Positions 1-12,015 of a stretch of 64,000 bases of DNA are shown one piece after another (positions within the stretch are counted from its first letter, which is position 1; every line of letters starts with the position of its first letter). Made by a program: the position numbers and the translations under genes. Origin of the DNA: Sphagnum compactum (Eukaryota); contig OZ234493.1 of the NCBI GenBank assembly GCA_965153455.1, positions 26,154,213 to 26,218,212 of the forward strand. The letters run 5' to 3'. The notes under the pieces were generated by a model that was not told the origin of the DNA, did not search any database, and saw only the letters and a list, made by a program, of their open reading frames with translations.

Positions 1-1577
1 TTAATTTAAACTTATGGAATGAAACTTATGGAATGAAAGTCTTTTATGCAGTCAACCAGGAAAGAAAGGACTTGAGAGATGGCCTGCTAATAATAATATA
101 ATAAGGCTATGAGATATTTCATATCTGATAACATAACACAAAACAATCACCAAACCTGAAAATCCAACCCTAAAGAAAAGAGAGTAAACACAACCCAAGA
201 ACAAGAAAATGAAGAGTGGTTTGAAATACAATGACAAATCCATTCGAATGTACAGGGACATTCATCAGCAACATGTAAGTACAAGAGAAGGGTCTATATT
301 TAAACCCTTCCACAATTTGAGGCACCTGTCATGAGGTTGGTAGGCTGAGTGCAGACTGCCAAAAATTGCAGAAGGGCCTAAACATAGATCCTTCCTCTGC
401 ATTAAGAACCTTCACATTTTTTTGTGTTGACTCACTTTAAATGTGAAAGAAGTAACGATAAAGATAAAAAAGAGGTACCTTCCAAATTATGGAAGGTACT
501 CCGACAGGCTGGCATGGGATCTTCTAGGAGGTGGAAAGCCCCTTGCCCCAGATTCAGTCCTAAAATGATCCTCAGAATTCACTAGAAAAAAATTGATGGT
601 TCTTTATGGTATTGACCATGTACCATGAAGATATCATCAGCTCCTAGCAATGGTTGGAAGTTAATGTCAAATGTATTAACCAATGTATTGAGTTTCTGTC
701 ACAAGACTGGCAATAACAGGAAACCTCAGCCATGATGCTGGCTTACCTCAACAAGAACTAACAACCTAAAAGAGAAGGGGAACAACAACGAAAAAAACCA
801 AAGAAAGAGGAATGCTAAGAGAATAAGAAGAAGTAGTAGCTGCATAAAAGAATCTAGGCTTCATCAGGATATTCATGGAACTTCCAAGCCACACAAAGAA
901 AAGGAAAACAAGGGGCCACACTTCTGTTTTAAAACTCGTAGCATCGAAAGAAACTATGAATACTTAAAACCTTGAGATTTTTGACAAACTAGAACAAGTG
1001 CATTTTTGACATTCTGAAAACTTCTTGAACAGCAGAAGGGCACAACTACAGTTGATTCTTAACAATTTGGAAGTAGGCATTAGTCCTGAAGAAATTCCAG
1101 GAAATTTCAACAATACAGCAACTACTACTATCTATCATAATGACCTATGAGAGATTTCCCAACGTATTTAGAGGGTGTCTTAAATCCATAACATTCCCTC
1201 CTGACAAAGGAGGTCATCTTACGTTTCTGGGTTGGCTCTTACATTTTTGCAAGTGCCTGCCATTTTTCTTTGTGTGATGAGTAGGATCTGGCCACTAGAT
1301 TTGGAAAAAAACCTCTGACAGGTCATTACACACAGTAAGGCCCTTGAACAGGCATGTTACCAGAATTCAAAGCCTGCCCACACCTTATTCTGGTAATGCC
1401 CCTGTCTGCGGCCCTTACCTACCACTAAACATACAGTAACAACACCTGGTGAACAATCCTCAAAATGTGGGACAGAATGAAAACTACCCATCATTTCCAT
1501 AGTGTCTCTCTCTCCCTTGCTTACAGGCAGAGCTAAGAAATTGGCAATGGGGCAAAAATGATGGTAAGCAAAGGTAC

Positions 1578-1801
1578 CTGGGTTGCTTGGGCAAGAAATC
1601 TGAAAGGAGCCCACCGCTGCAACCAGTTGAAAGGAGGAGCTTGGAAGATGGACAACCATTGCAAGCTCCACCAAATGGGCCGACACTTAGCTTGTGATGC
1701 TCGTCGCAATGCTTCCAATGCTGACACTTTGATCAAGAACACGAACAACTTCCCTGTTGCAACCTTAACCCCTCTTCTTCTCATTGTTGTTGTTGTTCTT
1801 G

Positions 1802-1832
<31 letters not shown>

Positions 1833-1880
1833 TGTCACATTTGGAGATGCATCCGAAACTGATGATGGTTTCTTTCCCAT
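1578..1880 (-). CDS. First coding exon of a plant SEC14/CRAL-TRIO (phosphatidylinositol transfer-like) protein; no further exon recognised in 1-1577, so the rest probably lies left of the window
   Basis: MGKK...LFVFLIKVSALEALRRASQAKCRPIWWSLQWLSIFQAPPFNWLQRWAPF resembles the conserved N-terminus of a plant Sec14p-like family (At3g22410 type, from memory). Ends at a CAG|GTACCT donor at 1578/1577. An upstream in-frame ATG at 1946 is an alternative start. Confidence 0.7.
1801..1830. repeat. (GAA)10 microsatellite, encoding poly-Ser on the - strand exon
   Basis: Directly visible. Confidence 0.95.
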
Positions 1881-2432
1881 TCTTGTAATCCTAATTTTGG
1901 CTGCTTCTTGCTGCTTCTCTTCTTCTTCCATTTCCATCTGCTGCATTGCTGTGCCCGTTTTGTCCCACTGCACACACTTGCTTGATTGCTTGTTGTGTTG
2001 TTAGGAGCTCTAGTTTCTGTTGTTTGTTGTTGTTGTTGTTATTGCTGTGTTGTTGCTCCTCCTCCATGACTTTCTTGTGCTGCTGATACTCATCTCCACC
2101 TCTGCTCTTTGTTCCTTTCCTTTTTCCTCCTCGTATCCGACTTCGCTTGTTCTAATAATACTACTTGGTTGCAAAGACTCGGTTTGTGAAACCATCAAGC
2201 TCTCTTGCTCTCGAGATAATTTTTAGTTGAAGCTTGTTTTCATGCCATTGCCACTGCTCTGCAGCAGTTGTGGTGCCTAGTGTTAGTAAGCAATAAACAC
2301 CCACTGGAGGGTGGATGCAAAAGAATCTCGCAGAGCTTCATGTCCTTCAATAATGCAGATGCTTCACGTTCTCCTCCTCCTTCTTCAACCATAACTTTTT
2401 GACAGATCAAAAACCTCAGAGCCAGAGAGCGA

Positions 2433-2437
<5 letters not shown>

Positions 2438-2466
<29 letters not shown>

Positions 2467-2670
2467 CTCACTCGCCTGACGATGCGCCTCTCCTACTTCG
2501 CAAACTGTTGTCGTTCTGGCTCATCCGTCTCCACAAAACACCCTCGCGGCAGCTCTTCTGGCGGCTCTTGAAGTTGCCTAAAACTCCAAAGAGCCTTCAA
2601 TCAATTACCAGTCGAGAACCGAGAAAACATCGAACCTTGAAAGCCGTCATCCGCGCACACAGAGAGGGAC

Positions 2671-2702
<32 letters not shown>
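2438..2702. promoter_or_regulatory. Two (GA)n tracts (~2438-2465, ~2676-2702) in the divergent promoter region; GAGA-element-like
   Basis: Tracts are directly visible between two head-to-head genes. The regulatory role is inferred. Confidence 0.45.
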
Positions 2703-2709
<7 letters not shown>

Positions 2710-2969
2710 CTTGAGAAGAGAGTCCGATGTAGGTCTTATGGCGAGCGCGAAGAATATTCGAGCTCCTCGATATGTGCGTGTGAGCGATCGAATCCTGTGA
2801 ACGAGTTGGCCGAAGGAAGGACCCACCACATCCATCGCAACAGTAAAGCTGGAGTAGCAGCAGCAGGTCTAGAATCATCGTCGCGTTTCGTGCTCTTGGG
2901 AAGAAGAGAGGCAGAGAGAGAGATCCTGTTTGACAAGAGCGTTGTGGGTGGGAAGAGTGTGATTGATTG

Positions 2970-5541
2970 ATGATGGCCTGCTGCTGTCTCGTACCCACCT
3001 CTACACTTGCATGCGTTGCTGCTCTTCCTCCTCCATCTCTTCTTCCCTCTTGCACAACATCACATCCTTGTGCACAATCACATTCACCCTTTCTGTTCAG
3101 GTCGCAAGCTTCGTTGCCTGCATCTGTTGCTTCTTCTTCTTCTTCTTCTGCATTTGTTGCTGCCCCGTACCGCAGTTGCTTTGTTGCAAATGGGATGAGG
3201 TCATGGAAGTTGTTGTGTAGAGATGTGAGTCAGCCATACAAGCAAGCTGCTGCTGCATCTTCTTTTGTGATGTCTGGTGGAGTGGTTGCCAAGGCTATGG
3301 CTGCCTCTACTGCTGTGGAGGAAGAGCGACCAGGGCGATTCTACTTCAACATAACGGGCTTTCCATTTCCATTAGGTCCATTCCTCGAAAGACGCACCAT
3401 CCGGAAAGAGGTAACACTGCCATCTTCTTTCTTTCTCATTGTTGCTGATTTCTTAACCATGTCAAGCTTGTGAGTTTTGTGAAGAAGCAGTTGTGGCCGC
3501 TGTGGTGGCAGTCATCTTTGTTCCAAGCAAATTCACAACCTCATTTCATGTTGCAACTGCAATTCTTCACCAGTTTGCTTTGCTCCCGGAGCAGGATTCC
3601 TTGAGCAGTCTTCTAGGGCGTAGAAATCTGCAGGCCCATCATGCAAGTAATTGTGTATTAGGGTTTTCAAATACCAGAGAAATCTGAAGAATTTTGTTGC
3701 AGGTTGTGTGAAGAATGTGTGTGTGATGTTGTTCTTGTTTTGTTCTTGCTGTGTTGATGACAATCATGGGTCGGGGCCGGGGGGGTTTATGGCAGGTTGA
3801 GAAGGGGCTGATATGGATGCTGGAGCAAGAGCAAGCTCTGGCATTTGGAAATGTGACCACAAACATACGCATGACAGTAATCAAGCTGAAATCAGGGGGT
3901 TTGTGGATCCATGCTCCAATAGCTCCAACAGATGAATGCATCCAGGTACTCCTCAAACTGGCATCGTCATCATGATGAAGAAAAGCATTCATTTTGCAGA
4001 TCATGCCGGCATGTCCATCTTATATGTCTCTTGCAATTATTCAGAGATTTGATTTCTCAGGGTTTGTGTAGTTTTGAGACTGAGGTTTTGTGGAAATGAT
4101 AATGGTGTTGTGGAGGATGACAGCTGCTGAATGAGTTGGAAGCTCCAGTTGAGTACATTGTACTGCCTACGTTTGCATATGAGCACAAAGTGTTTGTGGG
4201 ACCTTTCTCACGCAAGTTCCCTCGAGCTCATGTCTGGGTAGCTCCCCGTCAATGGAGCTGGCCTGTTGATCTTCCACTGCAGTTCTTTGGCATTTTTGGA
4301 GCAAAGATATTGCGCAATGATGATAAATCTGCTCCATGGGTTGATGAAATTGACTACAAAATTCTGAGTTGTTCAGTTGGTGAGAGCTTCGTTCTTTTCT
4401 ACTCATCTCCTCCTCTGTTGACTCCAGAAGATGATGATGATGGTGGTGGTGGTGGTGGTATATTGAGAACCTTTCAACACTGACAGATATCATTGTGAGA
4501 TTTCAGGTGTTGGCCCATATGTGGAGGTGGCATTCTTCCACAAGCAGTCAAAGATATTGCTGTTGACAGATGCGGTGATCTTTGTTCCAGAAAAGCCACC
4601 TGAAGTGGTGGGCAAGCAAGCGCTCCTGTCTGCAGCAAAAAATGGGTTGGCTGTAAAGCTTTTGAGTGCTGGAAAGGAAGTTTCGAATGATCCTATCATT
4701 GATGATGAAGCCACTCGTCAGAGGGGTAATAACATGTTCTTTTTTGTAATGGATGTTTGCACTTTTGTTGTCAATGAAGCTCCTCCCAAGCTTCTTCTTT
4801 CCCTTAGTCCTTCACTGCACAGTGGATTTGGTTGCCTTACTCATATTCTTCAGCAATTTGATGGCCCTGTATTCTGTCTTTTTGCAACAATTTGAAAGTA
4901 TGCACATGGAGATGATCAGAGTCTGTGACTTGTGCAGGATGGGAAAGAATGGTGTTACAAATTCTTTTTCTAGGTCCTTCAAACCTGCTGGAGCCCAAGC
5001 AAAGCTTTGCTCAAATGTCAAAGAAACTTATCGTCTCACCGATAGTCAAGACACTCGTGTTTGACAAAGTACCTGAAAAGGTTTGTTTCTTTTCTTTTTC
5101 TTCGAGCAAGATTTTGACTCGCATTGTTGGGTGACTTCCCTGACTACTTGCAACACCCTCAAATTGCTTCTTCTTTCTGGTTCTCTCTGCTACAAGCGAG
5201 ACATGCATTGAAGGAGCTGAAAATGTGGGAAACTGCAGGTGAATGCTTGGGTGCAAGAGATAACAAGAGAGTGGAAATTCAGTCGAATCATTCCTGCACA
5301 CTTTGCAGCACCAGTTGCTGCAGATGGTCGAGACTTAAGAGTGGCTTTTAGATTCCTAAACGACTTGTTGCCTGAGGAGGAGATGTGGGCATCGTCAGTT
5401 CTTTTGTCAATCTCTAGCCTTTTTAGTAGAGCTTCATCTGTGTTTCCAGCTGCAGATATGAAAACTCTCTCCTCATTAGATGAGTTCCTTGTGTCTGTGG
5501 GTGCTGTGAAAAAAACCATTTCAGGCAAGGGGAGACAATAG
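2970..5541 (+). CDS. DUF4336 family protein with a probable chloroplast transit peptide; 6 exons
   Basis: Exons 2970-3410, 3796-3945, 4124-4379, 4507-4725, 4938-5080, 5239-5541; all introns GT-AG with consistent phase. Motifs RFYFNITGFPFPLGP, TNIRMTVIKLKSGGLWIHAPIAPT, YIVLPTFAYEHK, EVAFFH, GWERMVLQILF, RIIPAHF. The N-terminus is Ser/Ala-rich. Confidence 0.92.
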
Positions 5542-5639
5542 AGCAGATCCATAAATTTGACGACAATCTTCTGCTTCCCTCACAATTCTGTGTATGCACT
5601 GGGTCCAATACTGTCACATGCCAAAGAATGGCTACATCC

Positions 5640-6090
5640 ATCGATGGAAGGGTCCTTCATGCGGTAGTGTGCAGACAAAAAAGTGTAGGGTAAAGTGCCA
5701 GGGTGGGGGCATTCCTATTTTAAGGGGCTTAGGATGAGGTGGTAGCTGAGTTCCAGCCCTGCATTTTGTGAATGTCCCCCACCCATGTGCTTTACCCATC
5801 GTAAAGCACATGGTGAAGGTTATCATGAACCTTGATGTTTGTTTGTATATCATGAGGCACATGAGGGAGGGTTCATTCACCTACTCCTTAAGAGTGGGAG
5901 GAATCTTACACCTATAAAGACTCTTAGGGAGTAGGTGTAATCTCCCTCTTTTCCAGGAGGTTCACGCTTCTCACATATAAGTGTCCTCAGATATATGAGG
6001 AAATTTCTCCGAGTGGTGCTTCACCAGAGATGGAAAGCACTTCAAGAGTTTTTTCTTTGTATTTGAAAGTGTGTCATGCAACCTTGCATG
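5640..6090. repeat. Dispersed hairpin-rich repeat; related copy at ~53480-53760
   Basis: Both copies share AAGGTTATCATGAACCT, ATCATGAGG, GAGTGGGA and TACACCTA in the same order. Boundaries approximate. Confidence 0.55.
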
Positions 6091-8109
6091 GAAGATTTCT
6101 TCTGTAGTTGAATGTGCCTTCTACCGCACACATGCAGACCTTTTCGCCTACCACCGTTGAGGCTATGGCAGAAACACATGAACCACATCACAATGAGGTG
6201 GTGGGGATGACAACCCAATCGTCTAATTACTCTAAACCCCAGAAGAAAGAATCAATGGCCTCCCCATTTGTTGGAATACCAAGAGATCCCCCTAAAACCA
6301 ACTTTTATTCCAACAATTTTTTCTTTATGTGAAATGTGTTATATTAGCTACTTAGTTAAGTCATGGTGAAATTTTTGAACAAAACTTGGAGGTGCCACAA
6401 TTTGGGAACTCTTAACTTTTTCTTGAAAATGAAAACTTGAAAAAACAATAGATGCAAAAAAGAATCACAAAGAATCTTAAGGTTTAAAAAGAAATGAAGA
6501 TGAAAAAGCGAAAAACTCCTTCAACCTTAAAACCAAAATTGGATTAAATTTTCTTTTTTGGTTCAATTCTAATTTCAAATGAGTTTAGAACTAAACCTTG
6601 GGCACATTCACCAATGCCATAACCAAAGAGTGATTTCAATGTAGTTTCATAATTAACCCCCTTTACGTGATTCCAATTCCATACAATTTTAAAAATTGGA
6701 CCTTGTTTCAATTTTGGTTCTAGTTTTTAAAGTTGGAATGTAACTGAGTTTGAATAGCCATGTCCATGTAGATCACAAGTGGGTTTAGGATTTAAACTAT
6801 ATATGTTTATTATATAGCTATGGAAATTTAATTCTTGTTTGCACAAATATTTTTTCAACGTTCTATTTCCTATGTATAATTAATATGCCACACCATTATC
6901 TTACTTGGATTTCACACAAACATGTACTATGTTGAAACTTTTTAAGATTAAAATCTCAATTCCTTTCACAATTTTATTCCATAAACCTTGCATTCATATA
7001 ACAACTTATTTCATCAAGTGAATGTGTTTTTAAAGGTCACAAACATTTATTTATACATTAATCAAAAGGAAACCAAACAAATTTGTTTCCTAAAGTTTAC
7101 ATATCACATGATTCCTTATGTGATTCAACATGCATATTAATGTGAATTTTTTTTTCACATGAATTATCATATGTGAGTTAATGCATATTAATTAAAGCTA
7201 TGATAAACCACAAATCAATTATGAAATCCAACCACCAAGTAAATTACAAAATTTAATTTTTATGTAATTACATAAGTAATAATCAAGTTACATCCACTTG
7301 AGGAGCTAGCCAATAGTGGTTTAAATTAGTTTTCATTCTTGGGTTCAAAAACTTAATGAAAAAAATAATTACATAGTTATTTTTAAAAAAGAAAAAGGGT
7401 ATGTACACAATAATAATGAAATGTGGAATCAATACCAACTACCCAACAAATGCACACCCCACTTTTCAAATGTGCATTGTGAACTTTATTCCAATTGAAT
7501 AATGATAATCCCATTCTTCTTTGGACCCAAACCATTTGATGAATGAAAGGAAGACTTAAGGTTGTATTTTTCACAAACGCAATCCAACAAATTTTTGTTC
7601 AATGTTTCCTTTATGTGGTGGGCATGTAGGATGATTTGTGATTTCACTCTAAACTTTTGTTGTTGGGATGAATTCATGTTGGTTGTTATTGTGTTAATTG
7701 GGTGATCATTTCAAGATAAGGGGTGTAATAAAAATATGTAGGGTTTAATATACAACCCAAAGTGAACATTTGTTTTTGGGTTAATCTTTCCAAAAGGTGA
7801 AAAACAGTGAAAGTTCATAGAGAAACCCTAGGATATTGGCTTCTTCAAATAATGACTGCCATTTTTTTAGTTCCAACCATTCTTATAGCAAATGTTTCTA
7901 CTTTGATTTTGTTAAATATCTCATTATTTTGGCATATTCATGTGGGAATCGAAGAAATTTGACAGATTATGTTCATCATGAAATAACACGAAATTGGATC
8001 TTGATTCTTCTCATAACTTATTTTAAAATAAAGCTCACATCAAAAGGCTATGAACCATTTATACGTACAAAATGTTGGCAAATATATAATGGATAACTCA
8101 CATTAAAAG

Positions 8110-9002
8110 TGTCATGATCTTAGTCTTTGGTTTGTAACCAAAGTTGGGACAAAACAAAGAAAAAGCAAATTGGGAATATATTAAGGTGAGAGACACACCC
8201 AACACATTCCTTTTATGATAAGGAAATGTGTGAAAATATAAGAATTTTTTTTCAAGATTCTCAAGTGCATTCTCATTTGCAAGAATTTGAAGTCATAGGG
8301 TGTTATACAACTTTGGAATAATGCTTGATCCAAATTAGACCTTCTTTACATCATTGGAAAGGACTTGAAAATTAAATATTTAAAGTGAGATTATGCATTT
8401 TCCATTTGAACATTTGAAATGCAAGTTATAGATAATTGAATGGTTGACAGTTAAATTGGTAGTTTGACTCTTGATTATTAAAATGTCTTACAAAAGGTTC
8501 AAATCACTTCCAACTAAGGAGTGTGATACATTGTTGGAAAATTCTTTCCAAATGTTGCTTCAATTTTTTCTTTAATTTTTTTTGAATTGAAATACATATG
8601 AAGGAGGAATGGACCCACAAATAATGAAATTCATAACTTGAGGATTTCAGTAATTTATCACTTTGATGTAGTCTTCATCACCATCTACGTAATACATATT
8701 AAAGAAAAAAATGATAATTCCTTCCAAGTCTAGGCCATGGTGAATCATGTGAATGTGTTTATCGTGATTTCATTTGTGCACCATTTTGATTCCAATTTGC
8801 ATTATCCACCTTCTTCTTTGGTTCATGCAAATTGATTTCATTTTGAGTTCAACCTTTTTAGTTCACTTTAGTCCAATCCTAAAGTTTTCACATTTTTTTG
8901 TGAAAATGAGGGAATGTGCCTTGGGTTTACATTCTATTTGAAAACCATGAATCAACAAGGTTTTTTACCTCAATACCACTTGAGAAACTTAGGAATGTAT
9001 CA
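8110..9002. mobile_element. Degenerate solo LTR (~890 bp)
   Basis: TG...CA termini; flanks AAAAG/AAATG give an imperfect 5-bp TSD. Terminal sequence is the reverse-complement relative of 25497-26387. Confidence 0.55.
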
Positions 9003-11435
9003 AAATGGCATTGAACCTTCCCACATGTACAAAATGATATATTGAACATTGAGATTACAAAATGTGTAATAAATGATTAAGTATGAAATAACATCCATCA
9101 ATCCACCTAATTATGTACATTCTATTTCTTTAGATTTCTGGGACATATTGATTAGGTTCCAATTAGGTTCCTTTTGAACCAATTTGGAAATTATTTCAAA
9201 TGTTTCTTGGGGAGTGTGATCAAAATTAATATTTCATTAATTCACAAGTAATGAGATTAGAATGTTGACCAATAAATTGGTTACATTAGGTTCATATGGT
9301 TGCCATGTGTATTTAGAAAATGATGTTTGGTTTATATTTGGTGATTTGATGTTAGTGCATTGTTATGTTTAATTTTGAGTGGTGAACCACAAAAGGTGCA
9401 ATAGAAAGTTAGTTATTTGAATCAAGGTTAAGTTGAGAGGTACATTTGATGTGGACTAAACATGGTTACATGTCAATTTTAAGTTATATAAGGTGACTTT
9501 ATTATGATAAATTCATTTGAACTCATTTGTCCCATGAAAACAAGATACTTGGTCACTTAACTAGTTATTGTCAATTAGTAGAATTTTAGTGACCAACTTA
9601 AAGTGTTTTTGACATCAATTTGGTTTGTGACAACATGTTGGAGTCCAATTCCCAAGCAATGTGACATATCTTGCCCAAAGATGCCCTTAAATTCTTATTG
9701 CATTTTTTATACAAAGGAGTCATGAATATAAGGAGAATAATGCATGGAGGATTAGAAAGGAACGTAATGCATGGAAGAATGTAAGAAGAATATGGTAAAC
9801 CCATCCTTGAGTGGTACCACTAGAAACCACTTCAAGGAATGGTTAAGGAATCAAAAGAAGCCAATTCAATTTCTTGGGTCCTTTTTAAAAAATGTTTTCA
9901 CAAATTTTACTTTTCTTTTCATATTAATCCATTGCATGCCTAAGTATATGGCTTGAAGCTTATTTTGGAAAAACAAATGTGAAATTTAAAAAAAATTTGT
10001 ATTTTTAATAATGATGGTTCTTTCAAAAATCACATTCCTTAACCTTCAAAATTCATAACAAAATTATTCTTATTCAATTAATTGCTTAATAAAAACTACA
10101 AATAAAATGACTTCAAAATTACTTTAGGAAAAAAATTTCCAAAAACATTTCCAAATTTGTGTTCATGATCAAAAAGTTCAAATAAAAGAACCGACATTAC
10201 ATTCTTGAATTTTTTACTAAATGCAATGATTAGGAACATAAAAGTACACAATATTTTTGATATTATTGAAAATTTAAATTTTATAAAACTTAAAAAATCT
10301 ACTCACTAAATTTTTCTATGAAAATATTTATTTAAATGTTTCCTATGATTTAAAAAAATTCAATGGGTCCAATAAAATCGTGTGAGGTTCCTAGTGGTAT
10401 CACCCAAGGATGGGTTTGCCCAATACTGCTTAAAAAGCCATCCAACTTGGAAAAGGTGTTGATACAACCCATTTTTACCAAACCTTCAATGACCAATGTT
10501 GACAGGCAACCATTGGTTGTAAAATACACAAATAGGGACCAATGATTCATCAGAATTGGTTGATTTTTATGTCGAAAATCATAGGAGGTAATAATATTAT
10601 TTTATTTTTAAAAATGTGTCATTTTGCCAAAAAATAATATTTGAATATTTTTTTAACAACTTGTTATTGAAAATGTTTATATTTACCCCAATATAATGTA
10701 ATGTGTTAATAATTGTTGAATAAATGTAATTTTTTTCAAAAATGTGTAAATTCTATTACATTTTACATCTATTTTGAAAATGATCACAATTTCGAATCAT
10801 ACCAAGGTCCAAAACATCTGCACTCCTTGAGGGTTCACTTTCTTTTAGATATTATCTTGCATCTAAATGCAACTTAAAAATGCAAAGTGCATTCATAGAG
10901 GTTGGATGCAAACATCACGGAGCTCAGCCCCCATGTATTCTCATCATTTCCCTGAGACATCCATTTTTGTCAGTCAAGTTGATCAACATTCCAGCTCAAG
11001 GGGCCATGACCACACGCCTCACAAGTTAATGCAAATCCATCACTTACTAAGGTAAACCAACTCATCATTGATTGGGTGCTTATAATCGAACACTTATTTA
11101 GTGTGTTTTAAGGTTGGCGTTTGTTTTGGTTTATGATGATTTCTGTTTAAATAGACACTCATGATCAAACGTTTGGCCAAAATTTTTCTCTTGTGAAAAC
11201 TTTTAAATTCTTAATGCCTTTAGATAATTTATGGTTCAGGAATAAGGGGTGGGATGGTCAACTTTAAAATGTGAGCACGATGGATTATTGCTTACTTATG
11301 TGCAATTTTGTGTTTGGTAATAGGCGTGCAAGGTAACATTCAAAAACGATGAGGTGACTGCGAATCAATGGAGGCTTTATGCACGAAGAGAGATCGAGCC
11401 AAGCCCATCCGAAAGAGAACTTGCCAATATCCATT

Positions 11436-11785
11436 CTCCTCACAAATTAACTTACACAAGAGTAATGTATTCTATACAGATGAGCTTCACAAATAGCTTG
11501 TACAAAAATTGTTGTATTTTCCAAAGGAAAAGAGGGGGGAGGGAGGGATGCTCCTCACAAATTAACTTACACAAGAGTAATGTATGTATACAGATGAGCT
11601 TCACAAATAGCTTGTACAAAAATTGTTGTGTTTTCCAAAGGAAAAGAGGGGGGAGGGAGGGATACTCCTCACAAATTAACTTAGACAAGAGTAATGTATG
11701 TATACAGACGAGCTTCACAAATAGCTTGTACAAAAATTGTTGTATTTTCCAAAGGAAAAGAAGGGGGGGGGGGGGAAGGGGGGGA
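11436..11785. repeat. Tandem repeat, three copies of ~115 bp
   Basis: CTCCTCACAAATTAACTTA starts at 11436, 11551 and 11665; units are near-identical. Confidence 0.95.
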
Positions 11786-12015
11786 GGAGCATACACGACA
11801 AGAATTGGAAGAACCTCTTGGAAAAAAAATTCATTGTGCAGCTGGTGGCAATAATATTCCATATAGTACTCTCTATGCAGGACACAACTTACTTCCATGT
11901 TTGCATATGCAATAACTTTTGAGATCAATCTTGAAGGCCTACACAAAACCACACCCAGATCCTCGAATCGATCCATTACCATCATCATTGTTGTTGTTGT
12001 CATCGTTGCCATCAT

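Noticed and set aside
1558-2226. + strand ORFs with poly-Glu/Val/Leu
   Set aside because: Antisense readings of the SEC14-like exon and its microsatellites.
11354-12015. 166-aa and 187-aa repetitive ORFs
   Set aside because: Products of the 115-bp tandem repeat and simple repeats; no domain similarity.
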